Made by a program: the position numbers and the translations under genes. The notes below the pieces were generated by a model. The model made no database searches. It saw only the letters and a list, made by a program, of their open reading frames with translations, and was not told where the DNA came from. Shown here in pieces: positions 1-10,245 of a DNA stretch of 64,000 nt; position 1 is the first letter of the stretch, and every line of letters starts with the position of its first letter. This DNA is from a bacterium (GTDB lineage: Bacteria; UBA8248). The stretch is taken from NCBI GenBank assembly GCA_965213625.1, contig CBDBZU010000004.1, forward strand, positions 1,504,001-1,568,000, written 5' to 3'.

Positions 1-12
1 GTCGGACGAACC

Positions 13-1596
13 TCACGCCTGTTTGACTCTCAAAATCAGAATAAATGGTACGACGAAGATGAAGCCCCACCCCATGAACCAGTAGATGTCGTTGTAGGCG
101 AGCATGGTGGCTTGCTTGTCGATGGTCTGCTCGATGAGGCCCATCGCTTTGGTTTGCGCAGTGTGTGGGTCGATCTGCTTGCGGACGAGCATTTCCGTAA
201 GCGTTTCCTTATACGAGAGAAACGTAGCGTTCGAATCGGTAATGTTTCCCACCATGTTCACGCGGTGAAGGGCGGTGCGGCGCTCGAGTAGTATCGCCAT
301 GATGGCGAAGCCCAGGTTGCCGCCCAGACGGCGCGCCAGGTTGTAGAGACTCGTGGCGGAGTTGATGTCGGCCACGGGCGTGGTGCTGAAGGCGACGGTT
401 GTCAGAGTGACGAAGACGAAGGGCATGCCGAATCCAAGGATGACAAGGCGAGACACCATGCCCCAGTAGTCCGTCTGCAGCGAGAGCCCCGACATGAGGA
501 ACATGGAGATAACGGCCAGCGTAACGCCGCCGCACATTAGTATCCTGTAATCCACCAGGTTATACAGGTGGCCTACAATGGGCATCATGCAAAACAACGC
601 GATGCCCCTTGGCAGCATGACGAGGCCGGTTTCATACGGGCCATGGTCGAGGACGTTTTGCAGAAATTGCGGGAGGATGAAGGTGGTTCCGAACATCACG
701 ATCCCGAAGATCAGCACCACGAAGCACGAAGCGCTCAGGTTCAAGTTCATGAGGACCCTGAAATCGACAATGGGTTCTTCCGTCCGCAATTCCCACAAGA
801 CCAGCGCCGTGAGCGTGATGACGGTGAAGATCGTCATCACGATGATGAGGTTCGAATCGAACCAGTCCTCGTCCTGCCCGCGCTCCAAAACGACCTGAAG
901 CGCAGTGAGGCCGATCCCGATCAGGGAGATGCCCATCCAGTCGACCTTGTTGATTCCGCGCTTCATGTGGGGCGGGTCGTGAACGTAGATGGCGACGAGG
1001 GCGATTCCGACGGCGGCGACGGGCACGTTGATGTAGAATACCCAGGGCCAGCTCAGAGACTCAGTGAGCCATCCGCCCACCACCGGACCCATGGCGGGCG
1101 CAATCACCACGCCCGCCGCGAACATGGCCATGGCCCAGCCCTGTCTGTTCGGCGGATAGGTTTCTCGCAATATCGCCTGTGCCACAGGTATGAGGCCGCC
1201 ACCGCCGAGTCCTTGCAAAATGCGATAGACGAGCATCTGGATAAAGGTTTGCGAGGTGCCGACGAGAATCGAAGCCAGCGTGAACAAGATGAAGGAGATG
1301 AGAAAATAACGCTTTCGTCCCAGCAGTGTGCTCCACCAGGCCGACATGGTGATCGTTATGATCTGGGCGATGGTATAGATGGTCGCCACCCAGGTGATGG
1401 TGGACAGATCGACGTTGAACGAACCGCGCATGTGCGGCATCACCACGTTGACGATACTGGCGTCCATCACGGAGATGAACGCGGCCGACACGACAGCAAG
1501 CGTAATCATCGCGCGATTGAAGGGGGAGGGATAACTTATCTGCGAAGGGGCTTCCCCTCCGCTTCCGGAAGCGGATGACGTTGTATTTTCTCTCAA
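13..1596 (-). CDS. DHA2 family MFS efflux transporter (EmrB/QacA-like)
   Basis: 527 aa with many TM segments; DASIVNV, WVATIY, GPVVGGWL and WPWVFYINVP motifs; overlaps the upstream HlyD gene by 4 bp. Confidence 0.92.
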   Translation of the reverse strand: MRENTTSSASGSGGEAPSQISYPSPFNRAMITLAVVSAAFISVMDASIVNVVMPHMRGSFNVDLSTITWVATIYTIAQIITITMSAWWSTLLGRKRYFLISFILFTLASILVGTSQTFIQMLVYRILQGLGGGGLIPVAQAILRETYPPNRQGWAMAMFAAGVVIAPAMGPVVGGWLTESLSWPWVFYINVPVAAVGIALVAIYVHDPPHMKRGINKVDWMGISLIGIGLTALQVVLERGQDEDWFDSNLIIVMTIFTVITLTALVLWELRTEEPIVDFRVLMNLNLSASCFVVLIFGIVMFGTTFILPQFLQNVLDHGPYETGLVMLPRGIALFCMMPIVGHLYNLVDYRILMCGGVTLAVISMFLMSGLSLQTDYWGMVSRLVILGFGMPFVFVTLTTVAFSTTPVADINSATSLYNLARRLGGNLGFAIMAILLERRTALHRVNMVGNITDSNATFLSYKETLTEMLVRKQIDPHTAQTKAMGLIEQTIDKQATMLAYNDIYWFMGWGFIFVVPFILILRVKQA

Positions 1597-2939
1597 GGTT
1601 TCTGGTTTTGCGGAGTTTTATTTACGGGATACGCCAGCAGGCGGGGGCCGCGCCGTATCTTGGTGTCCACGGTCACGTAGGCGGACATGCCGATAAGCAG
1701 GGGGAAGTTTTTGGGAGGCTTTTCGTCCAGCAGTATCTTAACCGGGATGCGGCGGGTGACTTTCACCCAGTTGCCGGTCGCGTTCTCAGGCGGCAGGAGG
1801 GAGAAGGTCTCACCCGTGCCCGAGTACAGGCTCGCGATATGGCCCTTGAACGTTCGGTTCGGGTAGGCGTCGAGAACGATTTCCGCTGGCTGGCCCACGT
1901 GGATTCCTTCGAGTTTGATTTCCTTGAAATTCGCCCGAATGTATGCTTTATCGAGTTGAACGATGAGCAGCAAGGGACGCCCGGGCTGCACGAATGCGCC
2001 GGGATCGACAGATTTCTCCACGTAGCCGGATACGGGCGCGCGAATCTCGTTATAGGAAAGGAGAAGTTCCTTCTCCTTGTAGGCGGCCAGGGCCTCTTCG
2101 AGTTCGGCCTTCAGGGAATCGGCGTCATGGCTTTTCATGCGCCGGGAGCGGTCCTCGTTTTTCGCCAGCGCCACGGAGGCCTGGGCCTCTTCGATCTGGT
2201 TGACGATTGCCGAAACCTTGTTTTCTTCCACATTTAGTGCGGCCTGGGAGGCGTCGTAGTTCGCCCTGGCGACGTCATGAGATGCGCGCGCGAGTTCGAG
2301 ATTTTCCTCCGAGATGATTTTCTGACCATGAAGGCGTAGTTTTCTGTTCAAATCCTCGCGTGACTGTTTCATCGTGGCCGCATGGGCGCGCGCTTCGTTT
2401 TTTCTTTGAATCAGCAGAGCTCGGGCCGAACGGAGAGTGCGCCTCAGAGTCTCGAGGCGTGCGTGGGCTTCCTGCTGAAGACCCGCGGCTCGGCCCATGG
2501 AGTGGGTGACGGACACCTTGCTCGCCTCATACTTCGCGCGGACAACGGCTACGGCGGCCTTGGCTTTTTGGAGTGCGACCTCATGACGCCGCTTGTCGAG
2601 GACGACGAGGAGGTCGCCTTTCCGGACCGCCTGGTTGTCCTTGACCAGGAGTTTTGTCACCACGCCTGCGATTTCGGTGCTGACAGGAGTTAGCGTGCTC
2701 TTGACGTAGGCGTTGTCCGTCGAGACGAATCGCTCCCAATTCTGCCACCAGAAATATCCCGCCTCGGCGGCGAAGAACAGGCCCACGCCGAGGGTCAGAA
2801 AAAGGAGGAACTTCCTGACGAAAGAGAACGTGAAGCGTTTTTTCCGGGGTCGCCGGTTTTCACCGGACGGTGGTCCTTTTTCCCCTTGGGAGGGTCCGGA
2901 GTCGGAGGGATTTTCTCCATCTGGCGGTTTGTCCGTCAT
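1593..2939 (-). CDS. HlyD/EmrA family efflux membrane fusion protein
   Basis: N-terminal TM, STDNAYV, coiled-coil hairpin, FSLLPPENATGNWVKVTRRIPV. Confidence 0.92.
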   Translation of the reverse strand: MTDKPPDGENPSDSGPSQGEKGPPSGENRRPRKKRFTFSFVRKFLLFLTLGVGLFFAAEAGYFWWQNWERFVSTDNAYVKSTLTPVSTEIAGVVTKLLVKDNQAVRKGDLLVVLDKRRHEVALQKAKAAVAVVRAKYEASKVSVTHSMGRAAGLQQEAHARLETLRRTLRSARALLIQRKNEARAHAATMKQSREDLNRKLRLHGQKIISEENLELARASHDVARANYDASQAALNVEENKVSAIVNQIEEAQASVALAKNEDRSRRMKSHDADSLKAELEEALAAYKEKELLLSYNEIRAPVSGYVEKSVDPGAFVQPGRPLLLIVQLDKAYIRANFKEIKLEGIHVGQPAEIVLDAYPNRTFKGHIASLYSGTGETFSLLPPENATGNWVKVTRRIPVKILLDEKPPKNFPLLIGMSAYVTVDTKIRRGPRLLAYPVNKTPQNQKP

Positions 2940-3156
2940 CGCAAAGTCCGTGGTTCAATGAGAGCGCCGATTCGTCGGGAAGCGCGATATTTGAAGATAA
3001 CCCGGTTAAACTACAGTAAATAATGTAGTTTTGTCATCGCTGACAGCTGAAAATGACATGATGCGGTGCACGACGTGTCCATGGATGCGCTCGGGAGCCC
3101 CGGTGTGCTTATAATCCTTGAAAAGAGATGATCTAAGAAAAACGGGAGAAAGCCGT

Positions 3157-4713
3157 ATGTTCGCTGTAGCAGCGGCCCATAAAAAAGCGGTGGAAGCGGG
3201 GTTGCGCGTCATGGAAGAGGGAGGAGACGCCTGCGATGCGGCGGTGGCCGTCTCTCTGGCCCTTGGCGTTGTGGAGCCTTTCTATTCCGGGCTGGGCGGC
3301 GGCGGTGTTGCGCTCATCTGGCGTGAGGATGAGAAAAGAGCCAGGTTTATTGATTTCAGCAACGAGTGCCCCCAGGGAATGGAGCCCGGCATATTCGAGT
3401 GCGATGAAAACGGACAACACACAGACGATTCGCACAGCCGGGGCCATCGGTCCGTCCTGGTTCCGGGTCTGTTGCGTGGGCTTGAGGCGATTCACCGCGA
3501 ATACGGGCGTAAGCCCTGGGGCGATTTGTTCGAGAGCGCTATCCGTCTGGCGAATGCAGGCTTTGAGATCGGCTGGTTCTACCGCACTCAGCAGGAGGAG
3601 TCGCGCTTCGGGACGCTTTGTTCGAATTATTCCGAGTTCGGGAAAATCCACACGTCATCCGGCGAACCGCTACCAGAAGGCGCGCTCTTGCGCCAGCCGG
3701 ATTTGGGGAGAACGCTTCGCGGGCTGGCGGAAAAAGGAGCGCACGCCTTTTACGAGGGCGCGCTCGCGAAAGCCATGGTAGATGAGGTGAGAAGCGGCGG
3801 CGGTTATCTGGGAGCTTCCGACCTCAAAGACTACCGTGTACGGTGGATGGCCCCGCTCATCTCGCGTTACCGGGGCTTGCGTTTCCTCACTGCGCCGCCT
3901 CCTTCTTCCGGCCTTATCCTGATTCAGATTCTGAATTTCCTCGAAGTCCTGCTGCCTGAGTGGGATACGGCGGGTGAACCGGCGCGCGGGCTAGCCCTCG
4001 CAAACGCCATGCGCGCCGCGTTCCGCGACAGGTTCTCGGTCTATGGCGACCCGTACCATTACGACATGCCGATAGAACGCCTCCTGAGTAAGGAATATGC
4101 CGTTCGAGCGATTGCGCAAGAGCATTCCCCCGACGTTCATGTACACGACGCAGAACCGGGCTCCACCACTCACTTCACGGTTGTGGACCCTTGCGGCAAC
4201 GTAGTGTGTATTACACAGACCTTGGGGATGGGCTGGGGCTCAGGAGTCGCGCCGGCAGGTACGGGCGTTCTTCTAAACAACCATACGAACTGGATGGACC
4301 CCCGACCGGGACGCGGGAATTCACTAGGCGCAGGCAAGCGTCCCATGGCGGGATATGCCCCCACCCTCGTCTTCGAGGGAGAGAAATTGCGCTTAGGTGT
4401 TGGTAGTCCTGGTTCCTACCGCATCCCCACGGCAGTGGCCCAGGTAATCCTGAATTTGCTTTACCGGGAGATGACCCTACAAGAAGCGGTAGAGGCTCCC
4501 CGCATGCACCTGGATATAGGTCCCCTGCATGCCGAGGATGCGGTGGATGAAGCGATACTGGAATACGTAAGCAAGAACGGTTTCGAGGTTTTGCCCTATT
4601 CGTATCCCCATCACTTTTTCGGCGGCGTGCACGCCGTTGAAGTGGGTGATAGCGGCCGCCTCACTGCCTTCGGCGACCCGCGTCGCGCGGGAAGCGCGGG
4701 AACGAGAGAGTAG
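3157..4713 (+). CDS. ggt: gamma-glutamyltransferase family protein
   Basis: GGDACDAAVA, SGLGGGG, autoprocessing STTHFTVVD, GVLLNN, GDPRR; ATG at 3157 follows GGAG. Confidence 0.9.
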   Translation: MFAVAAAHKKAVEAGLRVMEEGGDACDAAVAVSLALGVVEPFYSGLGGGGVALIWREDEKRARFIDFSNECPQGMEPGIFECDENGQHTDDSHSRGHRSVLVPGLLRGLEAIHREYGRKPWGDLFESAIRLANAGFEIGWFYRTQQEESRFGTLCSNYSEFGKIHTSSGEPLPEGALLRQPDLGRTLRGLAEKGAHAFYEGALAKAMVDEVRSGGGYLGASDLKDYRVRWMAPLISRYRGLRFLTAPPPSSGLILIQILNFLEVLLPEWDTAGEPARGLALANAMRAAFRDRFSVYGDPYHYDMPIERLLSKEYAVRAIAQEHSPDVHVHDAEPGSTTHFTVVDPCGNVVCITQTLGMGWGSGVAPAGTGVLLNNHTNWMDPRPGRGNSLGAGKRPMAGYAPTLVFEGEKLRLGVGSPGSYRIPTAVAQVILNLLYREMTLQEAVEAPRMHLDIGPLHAEDAVDEAILEYVSKNGFEVLPYSYPHHFFGGVHAVEVGDSGRLTAFGDPRRAGSAGTRE

Positions 4714-4768
4714 AAGCGATTATCGCATTTCGATGTGTTAAGAATGAGGGGCCGGTTGACTCCCTCGT

Positions 4769-5950
4769 CTATTGAAAGTCGAGCGTTTTCGCTTCGTGGC
4801 CCAAAGCGATTTGTCCGATGGTTTCGAGGCAGCGGTCGTTGGCGGGCGGCATGACGATGCCGGCCACCGCATCTCTCAAGTGACGCTCGAGCGGTAAGGA
4901 GCGGTGAAGCCCGCGTCCGCCGCAAAGGCGGATTCCCTGCTCGGCGAGTTCTTTGGCGGCTTCGGTCGCCAGGTACTTCGCCTGGTTGAGTATGAAGGTC
5001 AGCTCCATTTTCCCGAGGTTCCCTCTGAGCGCGCCCAGCTTTTCTGCGGCGCGCCGCGCGTTTTCTAGCAGCATGGCCATCTCGCCAATCTGACGCTGCG
5101 TGCGGTCCAGTTCTCCGAGAGGAACCCCCATGCCAGATTTCGTTTTCTTCACGTAATCCACCGTGAACTGATAGGCCGCCTCGGCAATGCCGATGTAGAC
5201 GGCGGTGTATCCCAGAGACCACATGCTCATGTCCTTGCCCAGAATGCTGCCCGGCTCCCCGATGATCTCGTTTGGCTCCACGGCGACATCGTGAAACATC
5301 AGTGAGTTCGACGCGGTGCCCCGCATGCCGATGGTGTGCCAATCGTCGATGATTTCGATGTTCTCTCTCGATGAGGGAACCATCACGTTCAGAAGACCCT
5401 CCTGCAGGGTTTCCGCGCCGTCGAGGTAGCTCCAGGTGAAGTAATATGTCGCCCCTGTGGAGAGAGAGCAGAAATGTTTCTTTCCGTGAAGGTAATAATG
5501 TCCGTTGTCCTCACGAATGGAGGTGCGCACCGCCAGCTTGTCGCGGAAAGAACTGCCCGGTTCGCTCGTAATGGAGGCGAAGATGGCGCCTTTGTCCACT
5601 ACTTCCGAGAAGTAGCTCTCCATCTGTTCCTTAGAGGCGATTTGTCCCAGAAAATCCACGACGGCGCTGTGCATGTTGAACGTGAGCCCGGTAGAGGCGC
5701 AGCCTTTCGCGATTTTGGAGAGTACGGTGACGTAGGTGAGAGAATCCGCTCCGATGCCCCCGAATTCCTTGGGCACCATGAGAGAGAGAAGACCGGCGTC
5801 GGCCAGATCCTTGTAGTTCTCTGTCGGAAAGCGAGATTCCTCGTCGATCATCTTCGCGCGCGGGGCGAACTTCTCTTGCGCCAGTGATTCAGCAATGTCG
5901 ACCCATTTTTTCGAATCGGCGTTGAGCACGCCGGCGGAACTGTTCATCAA
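4769..5950 (-). CDS. acyl-CoA dehydrogenase family protein
   Basis: SITSEPGS, GKKHFCS, WHTIGMRGTASN, LERHLRDA; resembles the monooxygenase-like ACAD branch. Confidence 0.85.
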   Translation of the reverse strand: MMNSSAGVLNADSKKWVDIAESLAQEKFAPRAKMIDEESRFPTENYKDLADAGLLSLMVPKEFGGIGADSLTYVTVLSKIAKGCASTGLTFNMHSAVVDFLGQIASKEQMESYFSEVVDKGAIFASITSEPGSSFRDKLAVRTSIREDNGHYYLHGKKHFCSLSTGATYYFTWSYLDGAETLQEGLLNVMVPSSRENIEIIDDWHTIGMRGTASNSLMFHDVAVEPNEIIGEPGSILGKDMSMWSLGYTAVYIGIAEAAYQFTVDYVKKTKSGMGVPLGELDRTQRQIGEMAMLLENARRAAEKLGALRGNLGKMELTFILNQAKYLATEAAKELAEQGIRLCGGRGLHRSLPLERHLRDAVAGIVMPPANDRCLETIGQIALGHEAKTLDFQ

Positions 5951-5990
5951 AAGTTACCTCTTCGTGGTGCCTTGGCGGTGTTATCTCTCA

Positions 5991-7106
5991 TTAATCGTAT
6001 TCTGCGAGTGCCGGCAAGGGTTGCTCCAGGGTGATGGGGTCGGTATCCGCGAGAAGCGGCATGATCTCACGCCCGAAAATCTCTACTTCCTCGATGTGGG
6101 GCCACCCGGATAGGATGAACGTGTGGACGCCCACCTCCACATATTCCTTGAGAGCTTTGGCGATCATGTCGGGCGTGCCCACGAGAGAGGCGCCCGCGCC
6201 TGCGCGAACGGTGTTCACGCCCATCCACAAGGTATCGGTGATCCAGAGCGACTCGCCCTTCGCCAGTTCGTTCACGCGCGTCTGGCCGGTGCTCTCCGTA
6301 TTGGTCTTCATATCGGCCCAGGCCTGCACGTTCGAGATATCACTCCCTTCGATGAGCGCTGCCGCCGCTCGTTTTGCTTCTTCCTTGGTCTCTCTGCAGA
6401 GGATGTGCATCCGCACGCCGAATTGTATCTTATCCTCGCGCCCGAACTCAGCGGCACGCCGCCTCATGTCGAGCACGTCTTTTGCGATAGTCTCCACGTC
6501 GACGGCGTACATCATGTGCACGTCTGAAAATTTCGCCCCCACCCGGCGGCCGGGTTCCGAGCTTCCGCCGAGATAAATGGGCGGCCAGGGCTTGGAGACG
6601 TGGATCGGGAAAAAAGCGGCTTCTCGTATGTCGAAATACTTTCCCTTGTAGGTCATGGGAGCATCAGCGCTCCAGATGCGGGTCACAATCTCCAGAAACT
6701 CATTCGTCCTGTCGTAGCGCTCATCGTGCACGAGGTGGTCGCCGTAGCGCATCTGCTCCACGTGGCTCGAGCCGGTGACGACGTTTAGCGTCAAGCGACC
6801 GCCGGTGAGCGCGTCGAGCGTGCTCGCCGTCTGGGCGGCGAATACGGGGCTGGTGAGGCCCGGTCGGAACGCCACGCAAAACTTGATTCTTTCGGTATGC
6901 TGGGCCACGCCTGCGGCCACAAGCCAGGCATCCATGCAGTGGGTGCCGGTGGGCACCAGAAGGTTTACGAAACCGGCTCGCTCGGCGGCGCTCGCCACTT
7001 GTGAGAGATACTCGATGGTGGGTTTTCGCTCAGGCACCCTGGTGTTGATTTTGTGGCCGTCACCCGCTCTGGCCGACGGGAGAAACCAAGCGTATTCAGT
7101 CCCCAT
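5991..7106 (-). CDS. LLM class flavin-dependent monooxygenase (SsuD-like), copy A
   Basis: WFLPS, AERAGF, LVPTG, AFRPG, GRLTLNVVTG, PPIYLGGSS. Confidence 0.88.
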   Translation of the reverse strand: MGTEYAWFLPSARAGDGHKINTRVPERKPTIEYLSQVASAAERAGFVNLLVPTGTHCMDAWLVAAGVAQHTERIKFCVAFRPGLTSPVFAAQTASTLDALTGGRLTLNVVTGSSHVEQMRYGDHLVHDERYDRTNEFLEIVTRIWSADAPMTYKGKYFDIREAAFFPIHVSKPWPPIYLGGSSEPGRRVGAKFSDVHMMYAVDVETIAKDVLDMRRRAAEFGREDKIQFGVRMHILCRETKEEAKRAAAALIEGSDISNVQAWADMKTNTESTGQTRVNELAKGESLWITDTLWMGVNTVRAGAGASLVGTPDMIAKALKEYVEVGVHTFILSGWPHIEEVEIFGREIMPLLADTDPITLEQPLPALAEYD

Positions 7107-7279
7107 ATCCGAAAACCTCTGATGTGAAAGATGTACTCAGTATAGCCCAAAATATACGCGTACGTACTGGCTGTGTCTGTTTCGAAAATACAAACTAGTC
7201 GGATGCGCGTCAATCTCAAGATGGAGGCCGGGAGGGTCAGATGGGCATCTGTCTATCCAGTTGGCGGTATTCTTTATCT

Positions 7280-8395
7280 TCAATCGTATTCCGCGAGTGC
7301 GGGTAAGGGTTGCTCTAGGGTGATGGGCTCCGTATCCTTGAGCAGTGGCATTATCTCGCGTCCGAATATCTCGACTTCCTCGATGTGCGGCCAGCCGGAG
7401 AGAATGAACGTGTGAACGCCCGCGTCAACGTATTCCTTGAGCGCCTTGGCGATCATGTCCGGCGTTCCCACCAGGCAGGCGCCCGGGCCCGCGCGAACCG
7501 TGTTCACGCCCATCCACAATGTGTCGGTGATCCAGAGCGAATCTCCTTTCGCCAGTTCGTTCACGCGCGTCTGTCCTGTGCTCTCCGATTTGGTCTTCAA
7601 GTCGGCCCAGACCTGCACGTTAGAGATGTCGCTCCCCTCGATGAGCGCTTGTGCGGCTTTTTTTGCCTCCTCCTTTGTCTCCCGGCAAAGGATGTGCATC
7701 CGGGCGCCGAATTTTATCTGATCTTCGCGGCCGACCTCAGCGGCGCGCCGCTTCATGTCGAGCGCATCCTTGGCGATGGTCTCCACATCGACGGCGTACA
7801 TCAGGTGCACGTCCGAGAATTTCGCCCCCACCCGGCGGCCGGGCTCCGAGCTTCCGCCGAGATAGATGGGTGGCCAGGGTTTGGAGACGTGGATCGGGAA
7901 AAAGGCGGCTTCTCGTATGTCGAAATACTTTCCCTTGTAGGTGGTGGGAGCGTCGGCGCTCCAGATTTGTGTGACGATCTCCAGAAACTCCTCCGTCCTG
8001 TCGTAGCGTTCATCGTGTTGGAGGTGGTCGCCGTAGCGCATCTGCTCAGTATGGCTCGAGCCGGTGACGACGTTGAGCGTCAAGCGACCGCCGGTGAGCG
8101 TATCGAGCGTGCTTGCCGTCTGGGCGGCGAATACGGGGCTGGTGAGGCCGGGGCGAAACGCCACGCAGAATTTGATTCTCTCGGTATGCTGCGCCACGCC
8201 TGAGGCTACGAGCCAGGCGTCCAGGCAGTGGGTGCCGGTAGGCACCAGTAGGTTTACGAAACCGGCCCGCTCGGCGGCGCTCGCTACTTGGGAGAGATAC
8301 TCGATGGTGGGTTTTCGTTCAGGCACCCTGGTGTTGATTTTGTGGCCGTCACCCGCTCTGGCAGACGGGAGAAACCAAGCGTATTCCGTCCCCAT
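7280..8395 (-). CDS. LLM class flavin-dependent monooxygenase (SsuD-like), copy B
   Basis: same length (371 aa) as copy A; about 28 substitutions by hand count (~92% identical). Confidence 0.88.
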   Translation of the reverse strand: MGTEYAWFLPSARAGDGHKINTRVPERKPTIEYLSQVASAAERAGFVNLLVPTGTHCLDAWLVASGVAQHTERIKFCVAFRPGLTSPVFAAQTASTLDTLTGGRLTLNVVTGSSHTEQMRYGDHLQHDERYDRTEEFLEIVTQIWSADAPTTYKGKYFDIREAAFFPIHVSKPWPPIYLGGSSEPGRRVGAKFSDVHLMYAVDVETIAKDALDMKRRAAEVGREDQIKFGARMHILCRETKEEAKKAAQALIEGSDISNVQVWADLKTKSESTGQTRVNELAKGDSLWITDTLWMGVNTVRAGPGACLVGTPDMIAKALKEYVDAGVHTFILSGWPHIEEVEIFGREIMPLLKDTEPITLEQPLPALAEYD

Positions 8396-8526
8396 ATCCG
8401 AAAACCTCTATGGTGAGAGATGCGCTCAGTATAGCCCAAAATGGAAGCGCATGTATTGGCTGCGCCTGTATTTGAAAATTCAAACAAGGCGAATGCGCGT
8501 CAATCTCAAGATTGCGACCTCGAGGA

Positions 8527-10059
8527 TCAGACAGGCATCTGTCTGTCCAGTTGGCGGTATTGAACCGCCTCCGCCACGTGCTGGGGGGCGACTTCTCTCT
8601 CACTGGCCAGATCGCTGATTGTACGCGCCACTTTCAACACGCGATGGTAAGCGCGCGCCGAGAGTCCCAGTTTCTCCACCGCCAGTTTGAGCAGGCGCCT
8701 GCCCTCGGCGTCGAGTTTGCAGTGTTCGTTGATGAGGGCAGGACCCATATGGGCGTTGGCGTAAACGCCCGGGTGGTCCTTGAAGCGCTCTTTCTGGATT
8801 TCCTGCGCCGCGAGAACGCGGTTTTTTATCTTCTCCGAACTCTCACCTTCAGGGTCTTCGGCGAGCTCTTTCCACGGCACCCTCGGTACGTTGATATGGA
8901 TGTCGATGCGATCGAGAATCGGTCCCGAGATGCGGGAGCGGTACCGGTTCACCTGCTTGGGCGTACAGGTGCATGCGCCGTCCGTCCGCAGTCCGCATAC
9001 GCAAGGGTTCATCGCGGCGGTGAGCATGAACCGGGCCGGAAACGAGAGGCTCGCCTGGGCTCTGCTGATGGTGATCTTCCCGTCTTCGAGCGGACCACGC
9101 AGGGATTCGAGCACGTTTTTCCGAAACTCGGGCAATTCATCGAGGAACAACACGCCGTTGTGCGCGAGAGAAGCCTCGCCGGGCAGGGGCAGCGCACCAC
9201 CGCCCACCAGACCCGCGTCGCTGATGGTGTGATGCGGAGCGCGAAAGGGTCTTTCCTCAATCAGGGAATCATGTTTGGTGAGTTTGCCGAGCACGCTCCA
9301 CACCTGGCTGGTCTCGATGGCCTCGTCCAGGGAGAGCGGGGGCAATATGGTCGGGAATCTTTTCGCCAGCATGCTTTTCCCGCTACCGGGCGGGCCTATC
9401 ATCAACAGGTTGTGCGAGCCTGCAGCCGCAACCTCAACAGCGCGTTTGGCCTGGTGCTGTCCCCGGATTTCCGAGAAATCAATTCTTCCGACCTCTTTCT
9501 TCATGATACCGTTCTTCTGGCAGCACGCCGGTGAGATGTCGATCTCCTCCCGAATGAATCCCACCACTTGTGGGAGTGTGTGTACGGGATAGACTTCGAG
9601 CTTATCGACCACGGCGGCTTCGGGCGCGTTCTCCGCCGGGAGTACGAGGCCGCGTTTGCCCATCTTCTTGGCGAGAACGGCGATGTTAAGCGCTCCCCGT
9701 ATGGGACGTAGGGAACCGTCCAGCGCCAATTCGCCCAGAAACAACAACGAGTCCTCCATTTGAGAGCGTGAATGAAATGCGCCGTTTGCGCGCAGTATCG
9801 AGAGCGCAATGGGCAAATCGAAAGCGCTTCCCTCCTTGCGGACGTCCGCTGGTGATAGGCTTACAGTGATGCGCCCCATCGGGTAGATGAAGCCCGTGTT
9901 GAGGATGGCGGCTCGAATCCTGTCTTTGCTCTCCTTGACGGCGGCGTCGGGCAGGCCGACGGTGGAGTAATACGGGAGACCTGGGGCGAGGTCGACTTCC
10001 ACTTCGACGGGATAGGCGTCTACGCCCAATACGGCTGCTGCTTGGGTTTTTGCAAGCAT
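8527..10059 (-). CDS. comM: YifB/ComM Mg-chelatase-like AAA+ ATPase
   Basis: VGLPDAAVKES, GPPGSGKSM, RAPHHT, LAHNGVLFLDELPEF; ATG at 10059 with GGAG. Confidence 0.93.
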   Translation of the reverse strand: MLAKTQAAAVLGVDAYPVEVEVDLAPGLPYYSTVGLPDAAVKESKDRIRAAILNTGFIYPMGRITVSLSPADVRKEGSAFDLPIALSILRANGAFHSRSQMEDSLLFLGELALDGSLRPIRGALNIAVLAKKMGKRGLVLPAENAPEAAVVDKLEVYPVHTLPQVVGFIREEIDISPACCQKNGIMKKEVGRIDFSEIRGQHQAKRAVEVAAAGSHNLLMIGPPGSGKSMLAKRFPTILPPLSLDEAIETSQVWSVLGKLTKHDSLIEERPFRAPHHTISDAGLVGGGALPLPGEASLAHNGVLFLDELPEFRKNVLESLRGPLEDGKITISRAQASLSFPARFMLTAAMNPCVCGLRTDGACTCTPKQVNRYRSRISGPILDRIDIHINVPRVPWKELAEDPEGESSEKIKNRVLAAQEIQKERFKDHPGVYANAHMGPALINEHCKLDAEGRRLLKLAVEKLGLSARAYHRVLKVARTISDLASEREVAPQHVAEAVQYRQLDRQMPV

Positions 10060-10245
10060 GGTACATCTCCGGGTTATGTCGTGGAGTAGCAAAGATAAAG
10101 CGAATCTTATAACGAAAATATAACGAAATCAATCCAAAGGCGAAAAATTTTTCTTTTTCTAGATTACCGACGGGGGTGTTTTAGATGAGTATGAGTAAAA
10201 GCGGTTTTCAGTTAGAAGATTGCTACGTACATGATGGGCTGCGGC

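Larger units (their letters stand above)
5991..8562. repeat. diverged tandem duplication, period about 1289 bp (LLM gene, its upstream region and the comM tail)
   Basis: 5991-7272 aligns with 7280-8562, including non-coding DNA; 7237-7272 reads EYRQLDRQMPI* on the minus strand versus the comM end QYRQLDRQMPV*. Confidence 0.92.

Noticed and set aside
13-2939. EmrAB-like pair as the RiPP exporter
   Set aside because: It is 18 kb away, a generic DHA2 efflux system, and outside the accessory region.
7237-8562. comM-targeting integrative element (att-site duplication)
   Set aside because: comM is a known integration target, but there is no integrase, and the duplication covers the whole downstream gene, which fits a tandem duplication.
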